A model generated the notes under the pieces. It did not search any database and was not told the DNA's origin. It worked only from the letters and a program-made list of their open reading frames with translations. Source: Octopus sinensis (taxonomy: Eukaryota). Taken from it: a stretch of DNA of 64,000 nt. Below are positions 23,817 to 36,982 of the stretch, piece after piece. The stretch spans positions 42,656,001 through 42,720,000 of the forward strand of contig NC_043015.1 in NCBI RefSeq assembly GCF_006345805.1, read 5' to 3'. The position numbers and the translations under genes were made by a program. Numbering within the stretch: position 1 is the stretch's first letter; the number at the start of each line of letters is the position of its first letter.

Positions 23817-24149
23817 ATAAAAATAATGGAATGCCAACAACTGTTGGTGTTTTATTTATTCTGCTGTTCATGGTTTCTGTGGTTATATATGCAGGTTCTT
23901 GAGTGGTTTGCCTGCCTCTCTGTGTGTGTATGTATGTATGTATGTATGTATGTATGTATATGTGTGTATAAGTTGGAGATAGAAAAGAGATATGGAGAAT
24001 TATTGATTAATTCACAAAGACTGTCTTATTGACCATATTTCTTACTATGGTTGTCTCCAAACCAAATGGAAAAAAAAAAGCGGGTGGGGTGGGTGGGGAG
24101 AGAAATCCCCCCCACAAAGCAAAGCAATAAAATTACTCTGATTGGACTC

Positions 24150-24183
<34 letters not shown>

Positions 24184-24625
24184 TTTCCTTTTTATTCTTC
24201 TGTTTGTTTATACTGTCATGGCTAATTTTCTGCCCGAAAGTTATATTAAATCCCATTTTATTTCTAAATACGCTTTACATTATGTCTTTTGTTTCGCCAT
24301 AAAATACTAAACATACTTTTTGAGAAAGAAAGAAAGTAAGAAAGAAAGAAAGAGAAGAGCAAGAGAAACATGGCTTCTAAATAGCAATATGGAGGGAGAA
24401 CTGGTGGCTGTGTGGTTAGGAAGTTTGCCTCTCAACCACATGGTTTCAGGTTCAGTCCCACTGCATGGCACATTGGGCAGGTGTCTTCTACAATAGATGG
24501 AGGCTGACCAAAATCTTGTGAATAGATGGAAGCTGAATGAGGCTTGTAGTGTACATTGTGTGGTGGTTGTAAATGAGTGTCATTGTTATACAGGCGGTGT
24601 CCTTCATTTACAATATTCTGAGATA

Positions 24626-25460
24626 AGGCGTTGAGCTGGCAGAATCGTTAGCACACCGGGTGGAATGCTTAGTGGTATTTTGTCTGCTGTTACGTTCTGA
24701 GTTCAAATTCTGCCGAGGTCGACTTTGCCTTTCATCCTTTTGGAGTCGATTAAATAAGTACCAGTTACGCACTGGGGGGTCAATATAATCGACTTAATCC
24801 ATTTGTCTGTCCTTGTTTGTTCCTTCTGTGTTTAGCCCCCTGTGGGTAGTAAAGAAATAGGTATTTTGTCTGCCGTTATGTTCTGAGTTCAAATTCCGCC
24901 GAAGTCAACTTTGCCTTTCATCCTTTCGGTGTCGATTAAATAAGTACCAGTTACGCACTAGGGTCGATATAATAGACTTAATCCGTTTGTCTGTCCTTGT
25001 TTGTCCTCTCTGTGTTTAGCCCCTTGTGGGTAGTTAAGAAATAGGTATTTTGTCTGCCGTTACGTTCTGAGTTCAAATTCTGCTGAGGTCGACTTTGCCT
25101 TTCATCCTTTTGGTGTTGATTGAATAAGTACCAGTTATGCACTGGGGTCAATGTAATTGACTTAATCCCTTTGTCTGTCCTTGTTTGTCCCCCTCTGTGT
25201 GTAGCCCCCTGTGGGCAATAAATAAATATTTTGTGAGATCTAAGGCGGTGAGCTGGCAGAATCGTTAGCATCCTGGGCAAAATGCTTAGAGGTATTCCAT
25301 CTATCTGCACGTTCTGAGTTCAAATTCCGCCAAGGTTGACTTTGCCTTTCATCCTTTCAGGGCTGATAAATTAAGTATCAGTTGTATACTGGGGTCGATC
25401 TAATTGGCTGGCCCCTGCTCCACCCCTAAAATTTCGGGCCTTGTGCCAAGAGCAGGAAAG
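24626..25460 (+). mobile_element. SINE family B head + trimer, followed directly by a B2 tail-variant monomer
   Basis: Junctions at about 24859 and 25043. The second element (25241-25460) has a different 3' tail. Confidence 0.88.
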
Positions 25461-25774
25461 AATATTCTGTGAGATCATGACTAGCCATGGAGAAGATATT
25501 ATCTTGCTTGGAACACACAAATAAGGGCTGGTGACATGAAGGGCATCCAGCTGTTGAAAATCTGCCTTTATCTATGCCTGACCCATGCAAGCATAGAAAA
25601 AGTGGTCGTTAAAAAGATGATAGAAACACACACACACACCCACACTTTCTCTTTCTCTCTCCAGGCTTAGTTGTGTGGTTAAGAAGTTTGCTTTGAAAAC
25701 CTGCTGTTCCAAGGGGCCAGTGTCTCTGCTTTGTATCATGGATATCTTCCACTATAGCCTTAGGTTGACCAGTA

Positions 25775-26165
25775 TGGAAGCACTCCGTCGGTTACAACGA
25801 CGAGGGTTCCGGTTGAACCGAATCAACAGAACAGCCTGCTTGTGAAATTAACGTGTAAGTGGCTGAGCACTCCACAGACACGTGTACCCTTAACGTAGTT
25901 CTCGGGGGATATTCAGCGTGACACAGAGAGTGACAAGGCCAGCCCTTTGAAGTACAGGTACAACAGAAACAGGAGACAAGAGTGAGAGAGAGAAAGTCGT
26001 GGTGAAGAGTGCAGCAGGGATCACCACCATCCCCTGCCGCAGCCTTGTGGAGCTTTAGGTGGTTTTCGTCAATATAAACACTCACAACGCCCGGGCTGGG
26101 AATCGAAACCGCGATCCTATGACTGCGAGTCCGCTGCCCTAACCACTGGGCCATGCGCCTCCACC
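25775..26165 (-). mobile_element. SINE family D with 13/14-bp TSD, inserted in a decayed family-A SINE
   Basis: AGGTTGACC(C)AGTA at 25762-25774 and 26166-26179. Confidence 0.87.
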
Positions 26166-27527
26166 AGGTTGACCCAGTACCTTGTAAATGCACACCATTC
26201 AGAATCTTATCAGGTTTGTGTGTGTGTGTTTAAAGGTAGATATTCTGCATCCCTGCGGGATCATTTAGAAGTGATAGTTGTGAGTGTTACAGTCATACAA
26301 CCAGTGTCATACATTTCCAATAGTCTGTGTAAACGTTTGACCATGGGTAAATATTACCCCTGGGTAAATATGGCTTGGAAATGGGCATCGAAATATAGAA
26401 AATTTTCCTTCTGAATAAACTTTGTCTGACTCATGCCGGCATGGAAAAGTAGACTTCAAGACTTGTTGAGGATGCTGAACAAGTGAGTGAACGGAAATGA
26501 TCAAGACAACCTATAAATAGATGAATATGTAATAGGTTTGTGTAACTCGCCGAGTATTTTTATAGCTGGCTGTTTTAGTGTCCGTACATGATGTTCTGTG
26601 TTTAACTATTTATATGCATTGGCAAGGATGTGTTGTTTGGTAGTTTCATTGGTGAACCAGCTGTGTGGAGTTCCAAAATGGGGAAACTGGTTGCGATGTG
26701 GAACTATAAATAGCTACAAGAGGCTAGATTGAAAAAAAAAAGAAATTCATCAAGATCGGAGAAATAAGAAAGCTCTGAACGTCGTTTCACTCACTCACGC
26801 ACTCCATATATGCAAGAGTCTAAATTTGTCCGATTCTGTACCAAGAAACTTCTTTGGTTGGCATTGTACTTATGATACTGATCAATGAGAAAACTGGTTA
26901 AACTGGAGTTGGTTACAACAACAACAACAACAGCAGCACACACACTCGCATACGTGTGTGTGTGTGTATGTATATATGTGTGTGTATATGTATACAGGTA
27001 CATACACACTATGTACCTGTATCCACGAAGGACCTGCTACTGGTAACAATCTAAGACCAGTCCAGCCTGTTCATGATTGAGCTTTTTACTAAACTGGCAA
27101 TTGCTCTAAGCCTGCTTGATGAGGACTCGATTTGTTTTCAGGGATGAGAAACAGAACCTGTCAAATGTACCTGAGTGTATAAGTGGTAATCTAATTGTGA
27201 GTGTGTGTGTATGCACGCACGCATGCACACACACACACACACCTCTATCTCTCTTTCTCTCTCTGATAAAACCTTGATGTAACTGAAACAGATGAAAAAT
27301 GAAATACAAGGTGTAATACAAAACTGGAAACAGACCAATAGACGAACTTTTACCTTGTATTTCAATATTTCATGGTAATGACACCTTTTGTCAGGGCACG
27401 GGGAATAAGTTGACAGGTATCAGAACAACATACCCCCATCTCACATTTCTCACATTGTTTCGGCTGCTTTGAGTTTTTTCTTTTTTTATCTAATACAATA
27501 TCAAAAAAAATATATATATATATTAGG

Positions 27528-27720
27528 GTCGCCATTATAGATCGTTAGCCACTACACACATTTTTTTTCTCTCCTTGTTTTTTTCTGTGTCCTTTTCTGT
27601 AGAAGAGCGTAGGCTCAAAACGTAAAAGACTTTTTCTATTCCCCGAGTGTTATACTAATACATCTGTTTGTTTTGTACACCACCTATCTTCATCTTTTGT
27701 TTTTTTTCGCGAACTCTCCC
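27528..27720 (+). mobile_element. ~190-bp TA-targeted element with a hammerhead-like motif (27594-27627); sisters at 37551-37738(+) and 48992-49176(-)
   Basis: Three copies share both ends (GTCGCC...ACTCT(C/T)CC) and TTT-CTGTAGAA-GAGC-GTAG-GCTC-[G]AAAC-GT-(A/T)-AAA. Confidence 0.7.
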
Positions 27721-28379
27721 TAAATATATATAAATATATATAGAATACCATGTGTCATGAATATTTTCCGGTTTATTTTTTGTTATGCTTCTTCCAATAG
27801 TCTGTAAAGTGAATTATTGCTTTTTCAATAATCTGGGCAAAAGTTTTGCTTAGGTAATAGGGCCTGGAATGTTGCTTTCATTATCATAATTTAACGTCTA
27901 TGTTTCATTCTAGCACAGGTGGGACAGTACCTCAAGAGCTGTCCAGGCCGAAGCCTGCACCAGACTTCTGTGACTGTTTTGGCAGGATTTTTACAGCTGG
28001 ATGCCCTTCCTAAAACTAACCACTCAGTGTTTTTACATGCCACAAGCATAGGTGAGATCAGTTTTGGCAAGGTTTTTACAGCTGGATGCCCTTCTGAACA
28101 CCAACCACTTTACAGTGTGGACTGGGTGCTAATTCGTCGGCTGCAACAGTGATGATGTCATATTTGAAGGCATGTGGTTAGTGTATTCGGCTCATGATCA
28201 CAAGGTCACTAGTTCAATTCTTGATGATGCTTTTTTGTCTTGAGCAAGAAACTTTTTCACATTGCTCCAGTCCACTCAGCTGGCAAAAGTGAGTTGCACG
28301 TGTAATTAAAAGAGCCAGCCTTATCACATTGTATAACGTAGAATCTCCCTGAGAACTACATTAAGGGTATATGCGTCTG

Positions 28380-28577
28380 GCGGCGAGCTGGCAGAAATGT
28401 TAGTACGCCGGGCGAAATGCTTAGCAGTATTTCGTCTGCCGCAACGTTCTGAGTTCAAATTCCGTCGAGGTCAACTTTACCTTTCATCCTTTCGGGGTCA
28501 ATTAAATAAGTACCAGTTACACACTGCGGTTGATATAATCGACTTAATCTGTTTGTCCTCTCTGTGTTTAGCCCCTA
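28380..28577 (+). mobile_element. SINE family B monomer nested in a CORE-type SINE, 14-bp TSD
   Basis: GGTATATGCGTCTG at 28366-28379 and 28578-28591. The host SINE spans about 28165-28650. Confidence 0.88.
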
Positions 28578-28639
28578 GGTATATGCGTCTGTAGAGTGCT
28601 GAGCCACTTATTAATTTTACGGGCAGCTGTTCCATTCAT

Positions 28640-29900
28640 TGGGCCAACTGGAACTCCTGTTATTGCATCTGACAGTGCCAGTTTTTTGTCATGATTGGTA
28701 AAAATACAACTATAAGATTTTGAGAGAAGTTTTCAGGTGCAGTTGGAGAATTATCCAACATCAATAAAATTTTAGAATCTAAATCTTTAGACTTGGCAGC
28801 ATCTTTTGTCATTGGTACAGAAACCAGTTTCTTGAACATGTCTTCAAATAAAGATTTTGTAACCTCAAATTTTTTATTGGAGTATTGGATTTCCAATAAA
28901 CTAGTCAGGAATGATCGGTGGACCTTGGGGTTTACTGAATGACAAATCAATATGGGTTTCCAATTTAATCACCAGTTGCCTTCCCCCTCAGTAAAACTGT
29001 TAGTTGTGAACTACTTTGAACTTAGATTGCCATTTTCCATTCTTCTTCAAAATTTACTAGGATTTTTTTTTGTTTTTGTTTTTCAAAATCATTCCTTTTC
29101 TTCAGCAGTTATAACCCAATCACCAACATGATCACCAAGTTGTATAATTTTCTATCAATTTAGTCACCGATCTGGCTGATGCATGGTTGTCCACACTTCT
29201 ACATTTCTCTACAATTCTCATGCCATCATCATCATCATCGTTTAACGTCCGCTTTCCATGCTAGCATGGGTTGGATGATTTTGACTGAGGGCTGGCGAAC
29301 CAGATGGCTGCACCAGGCTTCAATCTTGATCTTAGCAGAGTTTCTACAGCTGGATGCCCTTCCTAACGCCAACCACTCCGAGAGTGTAGTGGGTGCTTTT
29401 TACGTGCCACCGGCACGTGGGCCAGTCGGGCGGTACTAGCAGCGACCTGCTCAAATCTTTTATACATGCCACTGGCACAGGTGCCAGTTAGGCAATGCTG
29501 GTAACGATCACGCTCGAATGGTGTATTTTACGCGCCACTGGCACGGAGGCCAGATGGCCGCTCTGGCAACGATCACGCCATAATTCCAGATTTTCTAAAT
29601 TGACCATCCACGACTAACAGGAAACTGTTAGTTTCCTCTTCAGTTTCATTTTCTTCTTTCACACTCTCTCACTCACTCACACTCTCTCACTCACTCACAC
29701 ACACTCACTCTCACTCACACACTCAACTCTCTCATTTTAATTAAAATTTCCATTTTCAGCACATTTTCTTTCCCCATGGCTGGATGTTCTTCCTATTGTA
29801 AATCAAGCTGGGGGTATATTTAGTTTATCTCTCATTGTGGCACAAATTGCTACAGAGTTTGTCATATCCTTGGCAAAACCTAAGAATCTCTCTCTCTCTC
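28640..29900 (-). pseudogene. Decayed pogo/Tigger-like transposase, interrupted by a LINE tail and a CT microsatellite
   Basis: SKILLMLDNSPTAPENFSQNLIVVFLP matches the KILL.LDNA..HP...N..V.FLP DDE_1 motif. Upstream frames give a CENP-B-like W...I..EEK and ICATMRDKLNI. Confidence 0.6.
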
Positions 29901-30329
29901 TCTCCCTCTGTATTCTGTTCTTTCTCTTTGTATGTTCACCTGCACCAGGAAGTGGGTCCATTCTTTGACTCGGAGAAGGGAGAGCGATGAAAAAATGTCC
30001 CGAGTGAGAAGTGATAGAAAAGGAGTAATGGAAAGAGCCAGTGATATGGAGAGAGAGAGAGAGAGGCTGACATACAGTTGTGTTGATTGTTCATGGCGAT
30101 TCAACAGGAATGTGACGGTGGGGGATGGTGGAGGCGAGGATGCTGAATGTCATCAGAGAAAGAATGAATATGTGTGATGAATAACAATGAAGATGATTGA
30201 TGGTTAAGGAGTGAGTGATGGATGTCAATAATAACGGTGGGGGGTGGGGGGGGGGGAATGCATTTTATGCTTATACTCACATGTTATGTATATACATGCA
30301 TATATTGTGTGTTATATATACACACAGTA

Positions 30330-30504
30330 GGCGCAGGAGTGGCTGTGTGGTAAGTAGCTTGTTTACCAACCACATGGTTCCGGGTTCAATCCCACTGTGT
30401 GGCACCTTGGGCAAGTGTCTTCTGCTATAGCCTCGGGCCGACCAATGCCTTGTGAGTGGATTTGGTAGACGGAAACTGAAAGAAGCCCATCGTATATATG
30501 TATG

Positions 30505-30540
<36 letters not shown>

Positions 30541-30771
30541 GCATGTGTTTGTGTGTCTGTGTTTGTCCCCCTAGCATTGGTGTCCCCCTAGCGATGCTGG
30601 TGTGTTTATGTCCCCGTCACTTAGCGGATCGGCGAAAGAGACCGACAGAATAAGTACTGGGCTTACAAAAAAGAATAAGTCCCGGGGGGTCGAGTTGCTC
30701 GATTAAAGGCGGTGCTCCAGCATGACCGCAGTCAAAATGACTGAAAAGGGGAAAAAGAGAAAAAGGAAAGA
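30330..30771 (+). mobile_element. SINE family A
   Basis: Full-length plus-strand copy. Confidence 0.9.
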
Positions 30772-31715
30772 GACACACATTTTGTGTGTGTGTGTGTGAG
30801 TATGCATACGTGTGTGTGTGTGTGTGTGTGTGTGAGTATGCATACATGTGTGTGTGTGTGTGTGTGTGTGAGTATGCATACATGTGTGTGTGATTGTGAG
30901 TATGCATACGTATGTGTGTGTATGTATATGTGTGTGTGTGTGAGTATGCATACGTGTGTGTGTGTGTGTGTGTGTGTCTCCCTGTCATTCATAATACTAT
31001 CAAGCACATTAGAAATGAATGAACAGTATGTAGGTCATTCATGTCCAGTTTATTATTATTATTGTTCTTCAAAGTATTAGTTTACATCTACGAGTCCCCT
31101 CCCCATTGTTTTGCATACTGAGTTGTTTCTTGCAGTCTTATTGTATTGTTTAGTCGGACCAGTTGTTCTCTTTGCACCTGGCTGCATTTGCTGTCACCGA
31201 CGATCGCTTGACCACGTAATAGACATGGAACGATCATTTATATATTTATATATTTATGTATTTAATCAGCCAGGCAAACCACAGCCGCAAGCATTTAATA
31301 CGCGATTCAAGCCCGGAACACAATACAAAGAATGTAGTAATTGTAGTAAGATGGTTGGATTAGAAGAACTTGTTGAGTGTTGCATAAAATACCTTGTGGT
31401 GATTGGATTACGTCTCTTTGTGTTCTGAATTCCATTTGCTTTGTTACCTCCTAGGCCCATTTTACTGGTTTTTTTTTAGGTTTGTTGGTGTCTCTCTCCT
31501 TCTCTTTACACGTGTGTGTGTGTGTGTGTGTGTGATATATATACATATCTCATTGTTTAACATCTTTTTTCCATGGGTTTCATAGTTTGACAGGAGCTGG
31601 CCAGGCAGGAACCTGGCACCATGCCTCTGTGTCTGTTTTTGGCATGGTGTTTGTGACCGGATGCCCTTCCTAACACCAACCTCCCTGCAGTATCTGTATA
31701 TACTCACACACATGC

Positions 31716-31938
31716 TCAGAACGTAAAGACAGACGAAATACCTATTTCTTTACTACCCACAAGGGGCTAAACACAGAGGAGACAGACAGACAGATGGATT
31801 AAGTCGATTATATCGACCCCAGTGCGTAACTGGTACTTAATTTATCGAACCCGAATTGGCGGAATTTGAACTCAGAACGTAACGGCAGACGAAATACAGT
31901 TATGCATTTCGCCCTGCGTGCTAACGTTTTTGCCAGCT
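31716..31938 (-). mobile_element. SINE family B (head + unit + start of second unit)
   Basis: Reverse complement of the family-B consensus with an internal deletion. Confidence 0.8.
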
Positions 31939-32045
31939 TTATATATATGTGTGTGTATGTATATATATATCTATATATATGTATGTATATATATATCTAT
32001 ATATATATATATATATATATATGTGTATATATATATATATATATA

Positions 32046-32344
32046 GAGGCGCAATGGCCCAGTGGTTAGGGCAGCGGACTTCGCGGTCGTAGGATTGTGG
32101 TTTCGATTCGCAGACCGGGCGTTGTGAATGTTTATTGAAGCGAAAAACACCTAAAGCTCCACGAGGCTCCGGCAGGGGTGTGGTGATCCCGCTGTACTCT
32201 TTCGCCACAACTTTCTCTCACACTCTTATTCTAACACTCTCTGTTGGCCTTCTCACTTAGCCAGCGGTGATTGCGGTCATTCGAAGCGCATTGTGACCAG
32301 CGATGTGTAACACACATCTGATAGCCTGGTCGGTCACGGTGATG

Positions 32345-32345
<1 letters not shown>
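32046..32345 (+). mobile_element. SINE with family-D head and an alternative 3' tail, inserted in (TA)n
   Basis: The first ~170 nt match family D and the remainder is unrelated. TA tracts lie on both sides. Confidence 0.8.
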
Positions 32346-32383
<38 letters not shown>

Positions 32384-32599
32384 ATAATATATATATATAT
32401 ATTATATATATATTATATTCTTGAACAACAATATTATCGACAGTGATTTTGAAGTTTTGGCCAGTTAAGCCTTAAGCCATGATCGGACTGGCAATGATGG
32501 GTTAGCTGTCCAAAACTTCGAAGTCACAACCAACAACATTCTTGTATAAGAATAATAAATTTGTATTCTACAAAAGTATAGAGTAACCCATCAGATTAT

Positions 32600-32991
32600 T
32601 ACTCTTTTACTTGTTTCAGTCATTTGACTGCGGCCATGCTGGAGCACCGCCTTTAATCGAGCAACTCGACCCCAGGACTTATTCTTTGTAAGCCCAGTAC
32701 TTATTCTATCGGTCTCTTTTGCCGAACCGCTAAGTGACAGGGCCATAAACACATCAGCATCGGTTGTCAAGCAATGCTAGGGGGACAAACACAAACATAC
32801 ACGCACACACACATATATATACATATATACGACGGGCTTCTTTCAGTTTCCGTCTACCAAATCCACTCACAAGGCTTTGGTCGGCCCGAGCTATAGTAGA
32901 AGACACTTGCCCAAGGTGCCACGCAGTGGGACTGAACCCGGAACCATGTGGTTGGTAAGCAAGCTACTTACCACACAGCGTCTCCTGCACC
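32600..32991 (-). mobile_element. SINE family A
   Basis: Full-length minus-strand copy. Confidence 0.9.
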
Positions 32992-33204
32992 TCGACTTAA
33001 TGTAGAAACACACAAACAAACAAACAATTGATTATGCTTTTGTCCTTGTTTGGATTAAACCATATCCGTGGTGGAATTACTTTGTACTTTATTTGTTCTT
33101 AGAGGCTATTTTTTTTCCACCACCACACCACCACCACCACCATCATAATCATCATCACTGTCATCATTGTAGCATTGTTTAGTTTGTGTTCTACATGTGC
33201 ACTT

Positions 33205-33538
33205 CTCTCCCGCTCTCGTACTCTCCCTCACACTCTCTCCACTTGCTCTCTCTCATACTCTCCCTCACACTCTCCCCACTTGCTCTCTCTCATACTCTCC
33301 CTCTCTCTCCCACTCTCCCTCTCACACTCCCCACTGCACTCTCTCATACTCTCTCTCATACTCTCCCTCACACTCTCTCCACTTGCTCTCCCTCACACTC
33401 TCTCCACTTGCTCTCTCTCATACTATCCCTCACACTCTCTCCACTTGCTCTCCCTCACACTCTCTCCACTTGCTCTCTCTCATACTCTCCCTCACACTCT
33501 CTCCCCATCTGCTCTCTCTCCTCCCCTCTCTCTCTTTG
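33205..33538. repeat. CT-rich minisatellite (CTCACACTCTCTCCACTTGCTCTC-like units)
   Basis: Direct reading. Confidence 0.9.
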
Positions 33539-33879
33539 TGACATTGTTATTGATTCTGTGACTGGCTGCTGCTGCTGCTGCTTCTGTTTGTTGATGAGGC
33601 CTTTCCTAGAATGACTTAATTGTCTGAAATGTATTATGTGACTTGTAATAAATCACTTATGTTAATGACCCAGGATTTTATAAACAAGCAACACCATAAA
33701 AAAAAAAAAATAAAATTAAAAGGTCATGTAACATTTTTTTTGTCTTTTGTTAGTTAATCCATGCAGGAGAGTGAAGGTTGTTTAATGCCCCAAACATGCC
33801 ACTCTCATCACTTTCTTTCCTACACCATCAGGCTACCACCAACCTCTCTATTTTACCTCTGTTCCTCACTCTCCTCGTC

Positions 33880-34295
33880 CATCTCTGTCTGCCTGCCTCT
33901 CTCTCTCTGTCTGCCCACCTCTCTCTCTCTCTGTCTGCCCGCCTCTCTCTCTGCCTGCCCGCCTCTCTCTCTGTTTACCCGCCCACTCTTCTCTGTCTCT
34001 ACCTGCCTGCCCGCCCTTCTGTCTCTGCCTGCCTGCCCCTGCCTCTCTGTCTCTGCCTGCCTGCCCCTGCCTCTCTGTCTCTGCCTGCCTGCCCGCCCCT
34101 CTCTGTCTCTGCCTGTCTGCCCGCCCCTCTCTGTCTCTGTCTGCCCGTCTCTGCCTGCCCGCCCCTCTCTGTCTCTGCCTGCCCACCTGCCCCTCTCCGT
34201 CTCTGCCTTCCTGCCCGCCTCCGTCTCTGCCTGCCTGCCCGCCCTTCTCCGTCGCTGCCTGCCCTTTCCCGTCTCTGCCTGCCCGCCTCTCTCCT
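33880..34295. repeat. CTGCCTGCCCGCC/TCTCTGT minisatellite
   Basis: Direct reading. Confidence 0.9.
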
Positions 34296-35382
34296 ACATG
34301 CTTATGATATAGGCCTATTTATATTAAAGAATGACCTAAATTTTCAGTTAAACCTTCACCCTTTACCGTTGAATCCAGCCATGTCCAGCCCAAATATTCT
34401 CCCTCTCTTTTATGGAAGCTGACCAGTTCTAGCCTTTCACACTTACCCTACAATGTTAATCTAAAAATAACCACATCCTCAAAATCTCATACCTACAAGC
34501 CACATTAACTTAAAAAAAAGTGACTAAATAGCCATTACATTTGGCAAAGTAGTCTGAATGCTAAAGACTTAATGAAGACAGCCATCTAATTAATTACACA
34601 TGCATACAGACACACCGTCTTCTGGTCGTTTTTATTCGTTAAACTGTTACAACCATTGTAAACAACATATTTATTATTGTTGGAATATTTTTCATGTTGG
34701 AATGAGTCCAGGTTAATGAGAGCGTGTACGTGACCAGAAATAAAATGATTAGGATTTTGTGTGCCCTCAAGCCCATCACAACACACATGCTTTTCTGAGC
34801 TGGCCTAAGTCAACATGTGAATAGACATTCTGTTGCCTATATGCTTTCATTGACCCAGGGTTACGTCCGCACTCCCACGCCCCCTCCTCTATCAAGTAAT
34901 CTGACTTACTGTGTGTTGGGAAAATACATCTCTGAAAACTTGACCGAATAAGCTGAATTTAATCCTTTAGGCCGTCACATTCTATCGAATGTAATTTTTA
35001 TTTATTCAAATCGTTTTGAATTTAGAATGTGTTATTTTGTAGTTTTGAGGTTTTCATGAGGTATCTTAACTTTCAGAATGACATTGCAGGGAAGGTGCAA
35101 GAGGCCAGATCTGGCCAGTCTGAACATGAAACAGAATAAATTATGTACATTATTTATACTGTTTACAATTGGCGGATATTTGTTCTCGTCTTGTTTGTTG
35201 TTAACACAGCGTTTCGGCTGATAGACCCACTATGCCATATGCTCGTGGGCATATGGCATAGAGTAAATACATACAAATTATAAAAATAAAAGCATACAGT
35301 TCATTCTACTTTGCGGATTATCACCTATTGTGGCAGGGTTTTGGAATGTAACACCTGTGATTGGTGAGGCATTACTGTAGAT

Positions 35383-35601
35383 CAGTGGTTTTCAACCAGG
35401 GTTCCGCGGAACCTTAGGGTTCTGCCAGTACAGTCCAGGGGTTCCGCAAGAAGTTACAAAACTGCTAAAATCGGCAGTAATTTTTAATTCTCCTGTGCAG
35501 ATATGTGTGCATAAGACTATTAAATCATTGCACAGGGGTTCCCCGAGTCAGTGGAATGTTTCCTTGGGGTTCCGCTCCAGCAAAAAGTTTGAAAAGCACT
35601 G
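35383..35601. mobile_element. hAT (Charlie-like) MITE with perfect 8-bp TSD
   Basis: CAGTGGTTTTCAA...TTGAAAAGCACTG TIRs. CTGTAGAT flanks both sides. Confidence 0.9.
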
Positions 35602-36489
35602 CTGTAGATATTCACGGTGAGCTGTATTTTCCTTTGATATTTATTTCTGGCTAAATGGACTGAGCCATTTGAGAATTACATTAGCTGGCCATGGATGGAT
35701 ATATTGCATATAAGTAGGATGCCTATGATAGGATCAACTATGATATGAGCTGTTGACCATCTTGTTGGCAGTGTGACAAAACTGTTGCTTTCAATAAATA
35801 TATCGGCGCCAAACCATTGTTGCTTTTAAAAGTATCCGAAGTATTTTTTTCCTATGCTACAAAAATTTACGGTTGATCATGCACACAAGATTTAAAATTA
35901 GAATTTAGACTTATAACTATCATTATTATCCATTCTCAAACGCCTTCTCCTTCTCCCACCTCTCCCTCCCCCCACCGCTGCCGACAAATAAATTTGCAGA
36001 TTATTTACCATTTTTGGCTTCTTGATCATTCACAGTTCCGTACTTAGGTGTTTCGGGCCGCCAGCCAATAAAAACATCAAGAAATATTAGTAATCCTAAT
36101 CAATACTGCAGATTTTAATCTCCATGTTTTTTTTTTTTTTTGGCTTAACTCACAGCCCCTTCCTCTCCCTCCCCACCCCCTGCTCCTTGCTCTTGGCTAT
36201 TGATGAATATTAGCAACTGCAGTAAATTGGAAGCAGATTTAGTAATATTGAAATCTGATTTCAAATTAGAAACTTTCAGCTTGACCGAAAATAAACAAAA
36301 CAAAACAAGAGTGGGTGGAGAGATGTTGGTTTGTTTGTTTTCTTCAAGTTTCGATATTAATATTGGAAATATCACATATTGTGGCATCCAAGCGACTTTG
36401 TTTCTATTGCTGTTATTGCTGTTTAACCCTTGGCTTATCTTGGCTGGTTTACAGTCAGAGGCATTCTCTCTGAGGCTCTCACTTGCTTA

Positions 36490-36921
36490 CACTCTGGCTC
36501 TCTCTCTTGGTCACTCTCTGGCTCTTTCTTTCCCCTCTCTTGCACTCGGTCACACTCTGGCTCTCTCTCTCTCTCGGTCACACTCTACCTCTTTCTCTCT
36601 CTCGGTCACTCTCTGGTTCCCTCTCTCTCTGTCACACTCTGGCTCTCTCTCTCTCTCTCTCTATGTCACACTCTGGCTCTCTCTCTCTCTCTCGGACACT
36701 CTGGCTCTCTCTCTCTCTCGGTCACTCTGGCTCTCTCTCTCTCTCTCTGTCACACTCTGGCTCTCTCTCTCTCTCTCTCTCTTGGTCACTCTCTGGCTCC
36801 CTCTCTCGGTCACACTCTGGCTCTCTCTCTCTCGGTCACTCTCTGGCTCTCTCTCTCTCTCTCAGTCACTCTCTGGCTCCCTCTCTCGTTCACACTCTGG
36901 CTCTCTCTCTCTCGGTCGGTC

Positions 36922-36957
<36 letters not shown>

Positions 36958-36982
36958 CACACAAACACACACACACACACAC
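36490..36982. repeat. GTCACACTCTGGCTC(TC)n minisatellite followed by TG/TA/CA tracts
   Basis: Direct reading. Confidence 0.9.

Noticed and set aside
23242-24032. Leu/Ser- or Glu/Arg-rich ORFs (also 6481-7065, 33175-34422, 36200-37010, 9421-9787)
   Set aside because: CT/GA, TCTA and ATT simple-repeat read-throughs.
32046-32125. tRNA-like sequences (also heads at 2099, 6110-6185, 8790-8856, 17288, 60728)
   Set aside because: They have A/B boxes but no complete acceptor stem, and they continue into SINE bodies.
35143-35229. Possible fifth hammerhead-type element (minus strand CAGCC-GAAAC-GC-T-GTG)
   Set aside because: Only the GAAAC half is present and the CUGANGA half is truncated, so the motif cannot be folded from this copy.
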